Below are positions 1 through 8,201 of a DNA stretch of 64,000 nt, piece after piece. Position 1 is the stretch's first letter; the number at the start of each line of letters is the position of its first letter. The position numbers were made by a program, and so were the translations under genes. This stretch comes from Patescibacteria group bacterium (GTDB lineage Bacteria > Patescibacteriota > UBA1384 > XYA2-FULL-43-10 > 1-14-0-10-43-13). The notes beneath the pieces are model-generated. The model saw nothing but the letters and a program-made list of their open reading frames with translations, was not told the origin of the DNA and ran no database searches. The stretch is from assembly GCA_041671645.1 (NCBI GenBank), contig JBAZBD010000001.1, forward strand, positions 21,561 to 85,560, written 5' to 3'.

Positions 1-2
1 TA

Positions 3-932
3 GTGATCGGCGGACTCTGCCTTTTCGAGACGATCTCGAGCATCGATAACGCCATTATCAACGCTGAAGTTCTGACGACGATGGGCCAGCGGGCAAGAAA
101 ATGGTTTATGTCGTGGGGATTAATTTTCGCTGTATTTGGTGTACGCGGTCTCCTGCCCTGGATTATCGTCTGGGCAGTCAATCCATACCTTGGCCCAATC
201 GGAGCGCTGACCGCTACCTTTAGCTCTGACCCACAAATTAAATTAGCGATCGAACTATCTTCTCCGATGCTGTTAGCGGGAGGCGGTATTTTCTTGGTCT
301 TTCTATTCTTCCATTGGCTCTTTCTCGAGGAGAAAAACTTTGGCCTGCCAAGGGCAGAGCAGTTTTTCATGCAAAACGGCGTTTGGTTTTACGCTCTTAT
401 CTCCATAATCCTGACAGTCGTTGTGTCTATGACAGTCAAGGAAGATCCCATGCTAGCTCTTGGAGCGGTAGTTGGATCGACAGCCTTCTTCATCACTCAC
501 GGCTTCAAACAAAATGCTGAAAGAAGCGAAGCGAGTTTGATGTCCAGAAACAACGGCTTATCGGATATTTCCAAAATTCTATATCTTGAGATTATCGACG
601 CCACTTTCTCGGTCGACGGAGTACTCGGCGCCTTCGCCTTCACGCTAGCTGTTCCTCTGATCTTACTTGGTAATGGTGTTGGCGCATTGGTGGTCCGACA
701 GTTGACCTTGAACAATATCGACAAGATCAAGAAGTATATTTACCTCAAAAACGGAGCGATGTATTCTATCCTAATCCTCGGTGCAATCATGCTCTTTGAC
801 GGCCTTGGAGCTGAGATTCCACAATGGCTCTCTCCTGTCTCAACATTCGCAATTGTCGGGTACTTCTTCTATAGATCCAAAAAAGCAATTCCTGCCATGA
901 CGCCTCCTCCAGTCATGACTCAAGCCATATGA
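3..932 (+). CDS. DUF475/TerC-like integral membrane protein, 5' end truncated by window edge
   Basis: The frame is open to base 3 and the profile is multi-pass hydrophobic. Paired motifs SSIDNAIINAEVL and LEIIDATFSVDGVLGAFAFT match what I recall for DUF475/TerC-type proteins. The stop overlaps the next start (ATGA 929-932). Confidence 0.5.
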   Translation: MIGGLCLFETISSIDNAIINAEVLTTMGQRARKWFMSWGLIFAVFGVRGLLPWIIVWAVNPYLGPIGALTATFSSDPQIKLAIELSSPMLLAGGGIFLVFLFFHWLFLEEKNFGLPRAEQFFMQNGVWFYALISIILTVVVSMTVKEDPMLALGAVVGSTAFFITHGFKQNAERSEASLMSRNNGLSDISKILYLEIIDATFSVDGVLGAFAFTLAVPLILLGNGVGALVVRQLTLNNIDKIKKYIYLKNGAMYSILILGAIMLFDGLGAEIPQWLSPVSTFAIVGYFFYRSKKAIPAMTPPPVMTQAI

Positions 933-1792
933 ACTCTCCTATTTTGCTGGCTCTCCTGGCGCTAATATTACTCGGACTTTCGAGCGCTTTTGCCAAGAAA
1001 CCGACCGACAAAATTGGAGCGACAAAAGTGATGATCTTCCGTGGTCTGTTTAACGTAGTTATATTGGGCGTAATTCTGATTTTCAATTTTCCGTCCTCAT
1101 TTTCGTGGACAGATCTGCCAGTTGCGATACTAATTTCCGCCCTTGGGTATTTCCCCCTGCTCTTCTTCCTCAAGGCTCTCAAAGTCGGGAAAATGGGAAT
1201 TGTCAGCCCAGTTTCCTCTTCGTACGGGCTGATTACGGCATTATTGGCGGTCGTCTTTTATCATGAAAAATTAAATGGGCTTCAGCTCTTTGGCATTCTG
1301 GCCGTTGTGATAGGAATCATTCTAGTTTCAATCAACTTCCGTGATTTCAAGAATTCGCATCTCTTTGACCGACAAAGCGGTATCGGCCTAGCGCTATTGG
1401 CCGCGCTACTTTGGGGAATATATTTCTTTCTGATCAAGATACCGACCCAACATTTCGGGACATATTTCACCTCGTTCTTGGTCGAGGCAGTAATATTGAT
1501 TTCCGCCTTGGTCTCGCTAATATTTGCCAAAGAATTTGATCTCAAATTGCCTGATCGTATGACAGCTTCATACCTATTCCTAGTTTCGATCACCGTTTCA
1601 GTTGGGGTATTGTTCTTCTACCAAGCACTCAACACCGGCTCGGTCGCGATTGTATCGGCGATCGGCTCCTCGACTCCCTTGATCGTAACTCTATACGGTG
1701 CTATCTTCATGAAGGAACGACTCAAACTTCAACAATACTGTGGTATGGCAATAATATTAATTGGAATAATCGGATTGGCAGTTACAAAATGA
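929..1792 (+). CDS. EamA/DMT-family transporter
   Basis: 287 aa with about 10 hydrophobic helices in two similar halves, typical of the drug/metabolite transporter (EamA repeat) family. Translationally coupled on both sides by ATGA overlaps. Confidence 0.7.
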   Translation: MNSPILLALLALILLGLSSAFAKKPTDKIGATKVMIFRGLFNVVILGVILIFNFPSSFSWTDLPVAILISALGYFPLLFFLKALKVGKMGIVSPVSSSYGLITALLAVVFYHEKLNGLQLFGILAVVIGIILVSINFRDFKNSHLFDRQSGIGLALLAALLWGIYFFLIKIPTQHFGTYFTSFLVEAVILISALVSLIFAKEFDLKLPDRMTASYLFLVSITVSVGVLFFYQALNTGSVAIVSAIGSSTPLIVTLYGAIFMKERLKLQQYCGMAIILIGIIGLAVTK

Positions 1793-2406
1793 AAAATAAT
1801 ATTGAGAAAATTTTTGACTTCCTCAGGACTTCTGAAAGATTGAAATATACCAAAAGATGGAAGAATACTCCGAGTATGGTGAACAAAGAAACAAGCGCGG
1901 ATCATTCATGGCATTTGGCGCTGCTGCTTATCGTGTTGACCGAAGAAAATGATTTCAAATTGGACGTCCATAAGGCCCTGAAAATGGCTCTGACCCATGA
2001 CCTCGTCGAAGCAATCGCCGACGATACAGACGCCTCCTTGATCCATTTCGGTATCACCACCAAAAAGAAAAAGTACGAGGCTGAATTAAAGGCTATAGAA
2101 GAAATAAAAAAGATGCTACCAAGCAAATCAGGCAAAGCCATGTACGATCTCTGGATGGAGTACGAAATTTCTGAGACGGAAGAATCAAAATTTGTGAAGG
2201 CTCTCGATAAGATCGAGGGCATCAACCATATGCTTTGCGAAACAGACAAATGCTTTGATACACCAGATTTAATAGCCCCTTATCCGAGAGAATCAGTCGA
2301 GAAATATCCTGCTCTAAAATATGTTTACCAAGAGCTTCTCAAGCGTCTTAAGCCTGAATACAAAAAGCATAAATGGGAGTGGAAAGATTCTTACAATATC
2401 GAATAG
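1789..2406 (+). CDS. HD-domain phosphohydrolase, YfbR-like 5'-nucleotidase family
   Basis: H...HD...D metal signature (SADHSWHLALL, LTHDLVEAIADD, KALDKIEG). Size (205 aa) and motif order match COG1896/YfbR-type HD proteins. Confidence 0.7.
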   Translation: MKNNIEKIFDFLRTSERLKYTKRWKNTPSMVNKETSADHSWHLALLLIVLTEENDFKLDVHKALKMALTHDLVEAIADDTDASLIHFGITTKKKKYEAELKAIEEIKKMLPSKSGKAMYDLWMEYEISETEESKFVKALDKIEGINHMLCETDKCFDTPDLIAPYPRESVEKYPALKYVYQELLKRLKPEYKKHKWEWKDSYNIE

Positions 2407-3195
2407 ATGAAAAGAGAATTGAAGAAAATCTTAGATTTCTTGGTCGAGACGGAGAAGCTGAAACTCATCGAGCGGATTCCCGTCCTTTCCGACAAGATCC
2501 GTCGTGAGAATGATGCTGAACACTCTTGGCATCTGGCTTTGATGGTGATGGCCCTCAAGGATAAGTTGGGGCTCGATTTTGATCTCGAAAAAGCGCTCCA
2601 GATCGCCCTAGTCCACGATCTGCCAGAGATTTATACCGGTGATACCTGGCCGTCAGACGAAAAAGAGAAGAAGGAAAAATCAGAGAAAGAAAAATTATCA
2701 GCCAATAAAATCTTTGCTCTTTTGCCCGAAGAGGAGTGTGAAAAGTTCACACAACTTTGGCAAGAATACGAAGACGGAAAAACTATCGAAGCCAAAATCG
2801 TCAAAGCTCTCGACAAGATCTGCTATTCGATGCAATTTTCAATCTCCAACAATATTGTCTACTTCGACAAGGACTCAGGCCATACACGGCGCAAGGAATA
2901 CGCCGAACCGCATCTGCAATTTAATGAAACTTTGACAGAAATTTTTGATTATTTCTCCGAGAAAATCAATCAAGAACCTCAGCCAGCAATTAAACCTGGC
3001 AAATATAGGCATTTCAAAGGGAATCATTATCGGGTCATCAGCACGGGCAAACACTCAGAAACTGGTGAAGAGATGGTAGTCTACACTCCTCTATATCAAT
3101 CAGAGACCAAGATCTGGATTCGTCCCGCCTCTATGTTCTTTGAGGAAGTTGGATCGAACGGTCAAACCACCAAAAGATTTACTTTTTTGGGATAA
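2407..3195 (+). CDS. YfbR-like HD phosphohydrolase fused to a C-terminal DUF1653 domain
   Basis: Paralogue of the preceding gene (AEHSWHLALM, VHDLPEIYTGD, KALDKICY). The C-terminal ~65 aa (YRHFKGNHYRVISTGKHSETGEEMVVYTPLY..IWIRPASMFFE) match stand-alone DUF1653 proteins as I recall them. The ATG directly follows the upstream TAG. Confidence 0.7.
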   Translation: MKRELKKILDFLVETEKLKLIERIPVLSDKIRRENDAEHSWHLALMVMALKDKLGLDFDLEKALQIALVHDLPEIYTGDTWPSDEKEKKEKSEKEKLSANKIFALLPEEECEKFTQLWQEYEDGKTIEAKIVKALDKICYSMQFSISNNIVYFDKDSGHTRRKEYAEPHLQFNETLTEIFDYFSEKINQEPQPAIKPGKYRHFKGNHYRVISTGKHSETGEEMVVYTPLYQSETKIWIRPASMFFEEVGSNGQTTKRFTFLG

Positions 3196-3204
3196 ATTTT
3201 CTCC

Positions 3205-3247
3205 AAATAAAAACGCCTCGATGCAATATCGAGACGTTCGGTTTTTA
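3205..3247. terminator. Bidirectional intrinsic terminator between convergent HD2 gene and small ORF
   Basis: Hairpin aacgcctcgat/atcgagacgtt (3212-3222/3228-3238) with a 5-nt loop, an A-run upstream and a T-run downstream. The single C/A mismatch becomes a G-U pair on the minus-strand RNA. Confidence 0.7.
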
Positions 3248-3460
3248 GGGTCCAGAGATCTGGAATTGGCCTTCGTGATACAGGCCCGATCTATCATTCC
3301 ACCAAGCGACGATGACATTCGGAGCGTCACCAGGCCCCAGATAGACGACTTCCGGTTTATCCGGTCGATGGTCCGCCAAAGCAGGTCCGCTGAGCTGATC
3401 CACAAGATGCATGCTGGGCAACTCGCGAACCCTGTACGGTGGTTGTTGCGGTAACGCCAT
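3245..3460 (-). CDS. Small hypothetical protein (71 aa), no family recognised
   Basis: The ATG at 3460 is preceded by GGAGG 8 nt upstream (acGGAGGaaattaccATG). The TAA at 3245-3247 abuts the terminator hairpin. The longer 88-aa version (start 3511) would begin inside the ppsA terminator, so it is rejected. Confidence 0.5.
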   Translation of the reverse strand: MALPQQPPYRVRELPSMHLVDQLSGPALADHRPDKPEVVYLGPGDAPNVIVAWWNDRSGLYHEGQFQISGP

Positions 3461-3482
3461 GGTAATTTCCTCCGTTAGTATT

Positions 3483-3511
3483 TTCATAACACAAAAACTG
3501 GCTCGAGTCAA
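3483..3511 (-). promoter_or_regulatory. Candidate sigma70-type promoter of the 71-aa ORF (TTGACT-17-TATGAA)
   Basis: On the minus strand, TTGACT (3511-3506) lies in the loop of the ppsA terminator, followed by a 17-nt spacer and TATGAA (3488-3483). Pattern match only. Confidence 0.3.
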
Positions 3512-3530
3512 AGCTCTGAGCCAGTTTTTT
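3493..3530 (-). terminator. Intrinsic terminator downstream of ppsA
   Basis: Stem actggctc/gagccagt (3497-3504/3518-3525) with inner GAG/CTC pairs, flanked by A5 and T6 runs, 18 nt after the ppsA stop. Confidence 0.7.
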
Positions 3531-3547
3531 CGAGAGATTAGATTTTT

Positions 3548-5878
3548 CTAGCGATCTATGATGTTACCGAGTAATATTCTTTTTTCGACTGAAGCAATGA
3601 CTTTGCGGGTCTGGAAGACGACATCAGGAGTGACAGAGACGGAGGTCGTACCAGCGCGTACCATCATCTCGGTAATTTCAGGATAGACGCTTGGCGCTTG
3701 ACCGCAGATCGAGCAAGTAACAGAGTGCTTACGACAAGTCTTGATGATATATTCGAGCGAAAGCCTGACGGCTTCGTCGCGTTCATCGAAGATCTTGGCC
3801 AATGTCTGATTGTCACGATCAACCCCGAGAGTAAGCTGGGTCAAATCGTTGGATCCAATAGAGATGCCATCAATGCCGAGGGCAATGAATTTTTCGAGCA
3901 ATATGACGTTGGAGGGGATTTCGCACATCATCCAGATTTTGAAATCTGGCCCCTGCTTCAACCCACCCTTTTCAATTAATTTCATGCACTCTGCCATCTC
4001 GGTAGTGGTGCGGACGAAAGGAATCATAATCCAGAGATTCTTCAGATCAAATTCCTCGCGAACCTTCTTGATTGCCTCAAGTTCAAGTGCGAACATTTCC
4101 GGCTCAGCGATATATCGAGAAGCTCCACGATAACCGATCATCGGATTGTCTTCGACAGGTTCGTATTTCTCGCCGCCCTTGAGCCCGCGATATTCATTGG
4201 TTTTGAAGTCGGTAGCACGATATACCACCGGACGTGGCGCAAAAGCGCCAGCGATCGTCTTCAAGCCGTCTACAAGGGCTTGGACATAATCTTTGCCTCT
4301 CCCATCGGCTACCATTGCTTTGGGATGCTCGCCAATGTTGGCAATCATAAATTCTGCGCGGAGCAATCCAACGCCGTCGACTGGTAAGGCAGCCACCTTT
4401 TCGGCCATTTCTGGCTCTCCCAAATTGACATAAACTTTGGTCCCAGTGATCGGGACTTCTTCGACGAGCGCTGAGCCCTTGGCGGATGCATCCGCTGGGC
4501 CAGGGACAGGGGCTGAAGCGACTTTGACGTTTCCCTTGTAAACCAATCCCTTGGCGCCATCAACTGTGATCATCTGACCAGTTTTCAAAGTAGAAGTAGC
4601 TGTGCCAGTGCCAACTACACAAGGAATGCCAAGTTCGCGTGAAACGATGGCGGCGTGACAAGTTCTGCCACCGGTATCGGTCACAATGCCCTTGGCTTTT
4701 TTCATAGCTGGGACAAAATCTGGGGTTGTCATTTCAGTCACCAGTATGTCGCCCTCCATCACTTTGTCTATTTCGGTTGGTTTGTGGATTATCTTGACTG
4801 GGCCAGAAGCTGATCCCATAGAGGCGGCCGCACCATGAAGAATGACCTCTAGTTTGTCGGCAGTTTGGGGTTGGGAGTCGGCAGTTTTTTCTCCTGACTC
4901 CTGACTTTTGACGCCTGACTTTCCTAGTGTCGTGATTGGACGAGATTGAACAAAATAGACCGTGTCATTCTCTATCGCCCATTCTGTATCCTGAGGCTTG
5001 CCGTAATGTTTCTCGATTGCCATGCCAATCTTGGCTAACTCTAGGATTTGGTCATCGGTAATCTTCTGTTTTGATTGAAAATCCTTGGCGACCGAAACAT
5101 GTTTGTCCCCGCCATCCTTCTTGTGAACAATCTTCCAAGTCTGAGTATTGACCTCCTTGGCCGAAATCTTGAATTCCTTCTTGTCGACGATATAACGGTC
5201 AGGTGTGACCGAGCCAGAAACGATCGCCTCGCCAAGCCCATAACCCGCTTCGACGATCAAGTGGTCCATGTCTTCGTCAACTGGATCGACAGTGAAGAGA
5301 ATACCTGATTTCTCTGACTGAATCATGTTTTGGACAACAGCACAAAGGCCGACCTTCATATGGTCGAATTTGTTAATCAGACGATAATAAATAGCACGAG
5401 CCTCGAAAAGAGAGGCGAAGCACTCGAGAACTGCTTTGGCGACTTGGTCTTTGCTCTGCATATTGAGAAAGGTAGCTTGCTGTCCAGCAAATGAAGCCTC
5501 TGGCAAATCTTCGGCCGTGGCGCTAGAGCGAACAGCGACCGCGAAGCCACCAAGTTTGGTGTATGAGTCTTTGATCTCTGTCTCAAGATCCTTGGGTAGT
5601 GGAGTCTTCAGCATCAACTTCTTGATCTCCTTGGACACAACATTTAGCTTCTTGTTGTCCTCGGGATTGAGACCCTTCAAATACCCGGTAATTTTATTTT
5701 TAATTCCTGTCTTTTCCAGGTAATAAAAATAGGCTTGGGCTGTGACGCAAAAGCCTTGTGGAACGGGAATCCCCGCTCGAGTCATCTCGCCAAGATTGGC
5801 GCCCTTGCCACCTACCTGTGGAATAAAGCTCTTGTCGATCTCTTTAAACCAAAGAATATTTGCCGATTTCTTGGCCAT
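3548..5878 (-). CDS. ppsA: Phosphoenolpyruvate synthase (pyruvate, water dikinase)
   Basis: 776 aa. N-terminal ATP-grasp (IPQVGGKGANLGEM), phospho-His domain (GGRTCHAAIVSRELGIPCVVG) and C-terminal PEP-utilising TIM barrel (GIDGISIGSNDLTQL). Confidence 0.9.
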   Translation of the reverse strand: MAKKSANILWFKEIDKSFIPQVGGKGANLGEMTRAGIPVPQGFCVTAQAYFYYLEKTGIKNKITGYLKGLNPEDNKKLNVVSKEIKKLMLKTPLPKDLETEIKDSYTKLGGFAVAVRSSATAEDLPEASFAGQQATFLNMQSKDQVAKAVLECFASLFEARAIYYRLINKFDHMKVGLCAVVQNMIQSEKSGILFTVDPVDEDMDHLIVEAGYGLGEAIVSGSVTPDRYIVDKKEFKISAKEVNTQTWKIVHKKDGGDKHVSVAKDFQSKQKITDDQILELAKIGMAIEKHYGKPQDTEWAIENDTVYFVQSRPITTLGKSGVKSQESGEKTADSQPQTADKLEVILHGAAASMGSASGPVKIIHKPTEIDKVMEGDILVTEMTTPDFVPAMKKAKGIVTDTGGRTCHAAIVSRELGIPCVVGTGTATSTLKTGQMITVDGAKGLVYKGNVKVASAPVPGPADASAKGSALVEEVPITGTKVYVNLGEPEMAEKVAALPVDGVGLLRAEFMIANIGEHPKAMVADGRGKDYVQALVDGLKTIAGAFAPRPVVYRATDFKTNEYRGLKGGEKYEPVEDNPMIGYRGASRYIAEPEMFALELEAIKKVREEFDLKNLWIMIPFVRTTTEMAECMKLIEKGGLKQGPDFKIWMMCEIPSNVILLEKFIALGIDGISIGSNDLTQLTLGVDRDNQTLAKIFDERDEAVRLSLEYIIKTCRKHSVTCSICGQAPSVYPEITEMMVRAGTTSVSVTPDVVFQTRKVIASVEKRILLGNIIDR

Positions 5879-5899
5879 AACCCCTCCGTTTTCTATAAT

Positions 5900-6343
5900 T
5901 TAAAATTTTGTTTTTTCTAATACACTTTTGATCGTGCCGTAGTCAAATCCTCGAGCCATCATAAAGCGGATTAATTTTTCTTTGGCGTTTTCTTTGGATC
6001 CGTTCTTCTTGATCCACCGTTCAACTAATTCGCCAGCTCTTTCGCTCTCGTCCTCCTCTGACACTTCAGCTAGACCTGCTTTGATCAAAGCATCATCTAT
6101 CTTGAGGCACTGCAATCGAAATTTGATTCGAGTCGTTCCGCGCCCCATATTTTGCTGGCTTCTGATATAGCTGGAGACAAATCTCTCGTCATCAAGCAAT
6201 TTCGTCTCTTTCAACTTTGCGATGACCGCTTCTGTCTCATCCGCAAAAAACCCCTTCAATTTCATCTTTTGTCTGACTTCACCCTCACTCCGGTCACGGA
6301 TTTTTATCAAGTTCAGGGCGTAATTTAGCGGCGAATATTTCAT
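5900..6343 (-). CDS. recX: RecX regulatory protein
   Basis: 147 aa helical-repeat protein immediately downstream of recA. N-terminal AL..LK.R.RSE.E... pattern typical of RecX. Confidence 0.75.
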   Translation of the reverse strand: MKYSPLNYALNLIKIRDRSEGEVRQKMKLKGFFADETEAVIAKLKETKLLDDERFVSSYIRSQQNMGRGTTRIKFRLQCLKIDDALIKAGLAEVSEEDESERAGELVERWIKKNGSKENAKEKLIRFMMARGFDYGTIKSVLEKTKF

Positions 6344-6354
6344 ATCCTCTAACT

Positions 6355-6375
6355 CCTCTCCTTTTCAAGGAGAGG
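6355..6375 (-). promoter_or_regulatory. GC-rich intercistronic hairpin between recA and recX
   Basis: cctctcc-ttttcaa-ggagagg forms a 7-bp stem 12 nt upstream of the recX ATG, with no U-run after it. An attenuating hairpin between recA and recX is known in E. coli; its function here is inferred. Confidence 0.35.
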
Positions 6376-6398
6376 TTGGGTGAGGTTAATGTTGAATT

Positions 6399-7457
6399 TT
6401 AATTTTGCTTGTCGGACTCGACTTTGTCGGCGGCTACTTTTTCTAGAATTTTGGCTTTGATTTCTTCAGTGATCTTGGGATTTTGTTTCAGAAATGCGCG
6501 ACCGCCCTCTTTGCCCTGGCCTAGTTTCTCGCCATTGTATGAAAGCCATGATCCGGCTTTGTCGACAATGCCTTTGTTGACTCCCAAATCCAAAACTTCA
6601 CCTTCATAATCAATTCCAGTGCCGAACATAATATCGAATTCGGCCATTTTGAAAGGCGGAGCAACTTTGTTTTTCACTACCTTGACTGTGACGTTGTTGC
6701 CGACGTTATCATCTCCCTGCTTCAAGGTCGCTTTGCGGCGGATGTCGAGACGGACTGAGGCATAAAACTTGAGCGCGTTACCACCGGTCGTCGTCTCAGG
6801 ATTTCCGAACATGACACCGATCTTCATACGAATCTGGTTGATAAAGATAAGAATGGTTTTGGATTTGCTAACAGCGCCAGTCAACTTGCGAAGTGCTTGT
6901 GACATTAATCTGGCCTGGACACCCATCATAGAGTCGCCCATCTCACCTTCAATTTCAGCACGTGGGACAAGAGCTGCTACTGAGTCAACTACGATAACGT
7001 CAAGCGCGTTTGAGCGTACCAGAGTTTCGCAAATTTCCAAAGCCTGCTCGCCATTGTCTGGCTGGGAAATTAGAAGATCGTCGAGATTGACACCGATTCT
7101 CTTGGCATATTCAGGGTCAAAAGCGTGTTCAGCATCAATAAAAGCACAGTATCCGCCAGTTTTCTGAGACTGGGCGATGGTGTGGATCGCAAGTGTTGTC
7201 TTACCGGATGACTCTGGACCGTAGATTTCGACAACTCGTCCGCGTGGCAAACCGCCAACGCCAAGAGCCAGGTCAAGCGATAGGGAGCCAGTCGAAATGG
7301 CGTCAACCTTGTATGAACCAGTGTCAGACATGGTCATGATTGCACCCTTGCCGAACTGCTTCTCAATTGTCAGAAGTGCAGATTTGAGCGCTTCATTCTT
7401 TCCCAACTCCATATTTGATATTTGTTTTTCTTCTTTTGTTGCTTCCTTCTTGGCCAT
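6399..7457 (-). CDS. recA: Recombinase RecA
   Basis: Unmistakable RecA sequence ([36 protein letters not shown]-type, [38 protein letters not shown]). Confidence 0.97.
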   Translation of the reverse strand: MAKKEATKEEKQISNMELGKNEALKSALLTIEKQFGKGAIMTMSDTGSYKVDAISTGSLSLDLALGVGGLPRGRVVEIYGPESSGKTTLAIHTIAQSQKTGGYCAFIDAEHAFDPEYAKRIGVNLDDLLISQPDNGEQALEICETLVRSNALDVIVVDSVAALVPRAEIEGEMGDSMMGVQARLMSQALRKLTGAVSKSKTILIFINQIRMKIGVMFGNPETTTGGNALKFYASVRLDIRRKATLKQGDDNVGNNVTVKVVKNKVAPPFKMAEFDIMFGTGIDYEGEVLDLGVNKGIVDKAGSWLSYNGEKLGQGKEGGRAFLKQNPKITEEIKAKILEKVAADKVESDKQN

Positions 7458-7489
7458 GGCAGTCCTTCCAGTCTTAATTTCTCTAAATA

Positions 7490-8197
7490 TTATTGATTTG
7501 TGTTCAAATTGATAAGCGCCGTTTTGGGTTTGTATTCGATTGTCAAAACTTCGCTTGTTTGCTTCTTGGCCTTATTGACCGCCTCGACTTTGATCACATT
7601 GACACCTTTGTGGAGTTTAACATCGCTGATGAAGTGGCCGTCATTGGTAATCGGAATAACCTCCTGATTTATCCGAAGAACCGCGTCGATATCAGCGACG
7701 CCGGCGATTTCGATGCTGTCGTCTTCAAAAATCTGGTTGTTGCCAGGAGAAGTGATCTTCAAATCTGGTGTACCGGCAAAACCGCGAACCTGGTAGCTGA
7801 TATAACCAAAAAATGCAGCAATCAAAACAACCGCAGCGACATAGCCTAGCAGTTTCGGGGTAATCAAAATCGGCACATCTTTGATTGTTCTTTTGTATGA
7901 TAAATTATGAACTGACTCTTTTTTGTACAGTTTCTTCTCTCGGTCGAAAAGACCGAGTGCTTCGCTCACATTTAGACCAATAAATTTGGAGTAGGCCATC
8001 ACAAAACCGCGGACATGGACAGACGAAGGAAGGTCACCCCAATCGTCCTTCTCCAGCGAAACGAGATATTTTGCCTTAACTTTTGAGCCGGTTTCGGCTT
8101 CCTCGATCGAGATATTCTTTGATTCGCGACCACACTTAAGCATCTCCCCCAGGGTCAAATCAGTCGCCACTTTTCTTTTTGAAAAACCTTTTACCAT
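7490..8197 (-). CDS. RodZ-like HTH-domain membrane protein
   Basis: N-terminal HTH ([29 protein letters not shown]), one TM ([20 protein letters not shown]) and a beta-rich C-terminal domain. The ATG at 8197 sits 4 nt after the ftsK stop; the ORF-track start at 8242 would overlap ftsK by 41 nt. Confidence 0.55.
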   Translation of the reverse strand: MVKGFSKRKVATDLTLGEMLKCGRESKNISIEEAETGSKVKAKYLVSLEKDDWGDLPSSVHVRGFVMAYSKFIGLNVSEALGLFDREKKLYKKESVHNLSYKRTIKDVPILITPKLLGYVAAVVLIAAFFGYISYQVRGFAGTPDLKITSPGNNQIFEDDSIEIAGVADIDAVLRINQEVIPITNDGHFISDVKLHKGVNVIKVEAVNKAKKQTSEVLTIEYKPKTALINLNTNQ

Positions 8198-8201
8198 TGT
8201 G

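Noticed and set aside
3140-3454. A plus-strand 104-aa ORF overlapping the end of the HD-DUF1653 gene and the 3.2-3.45 kb spacer.
   Set aside because: It reads straight through the 3205-3247 terminator hairpin and lacks an RBS. The minus-strand 71-aa ORF has an RBS, a stop and terminator logic instead.
4855-4935. Micro-repeats (CCTGACT x3 and ACTGCCGAC x2 on the complement) inside ppsA, encoding GKSGVKSQESGEKTADSQPQTADK.
   Set aside because: This is an in-frame low-complexity linker insertion between the PpsA N-terminal and phospho-His domains. It does not disrupt the gene, and its repeat units are imperfect and few, so I treat it as a lineage-specific linker rather than a functional element.
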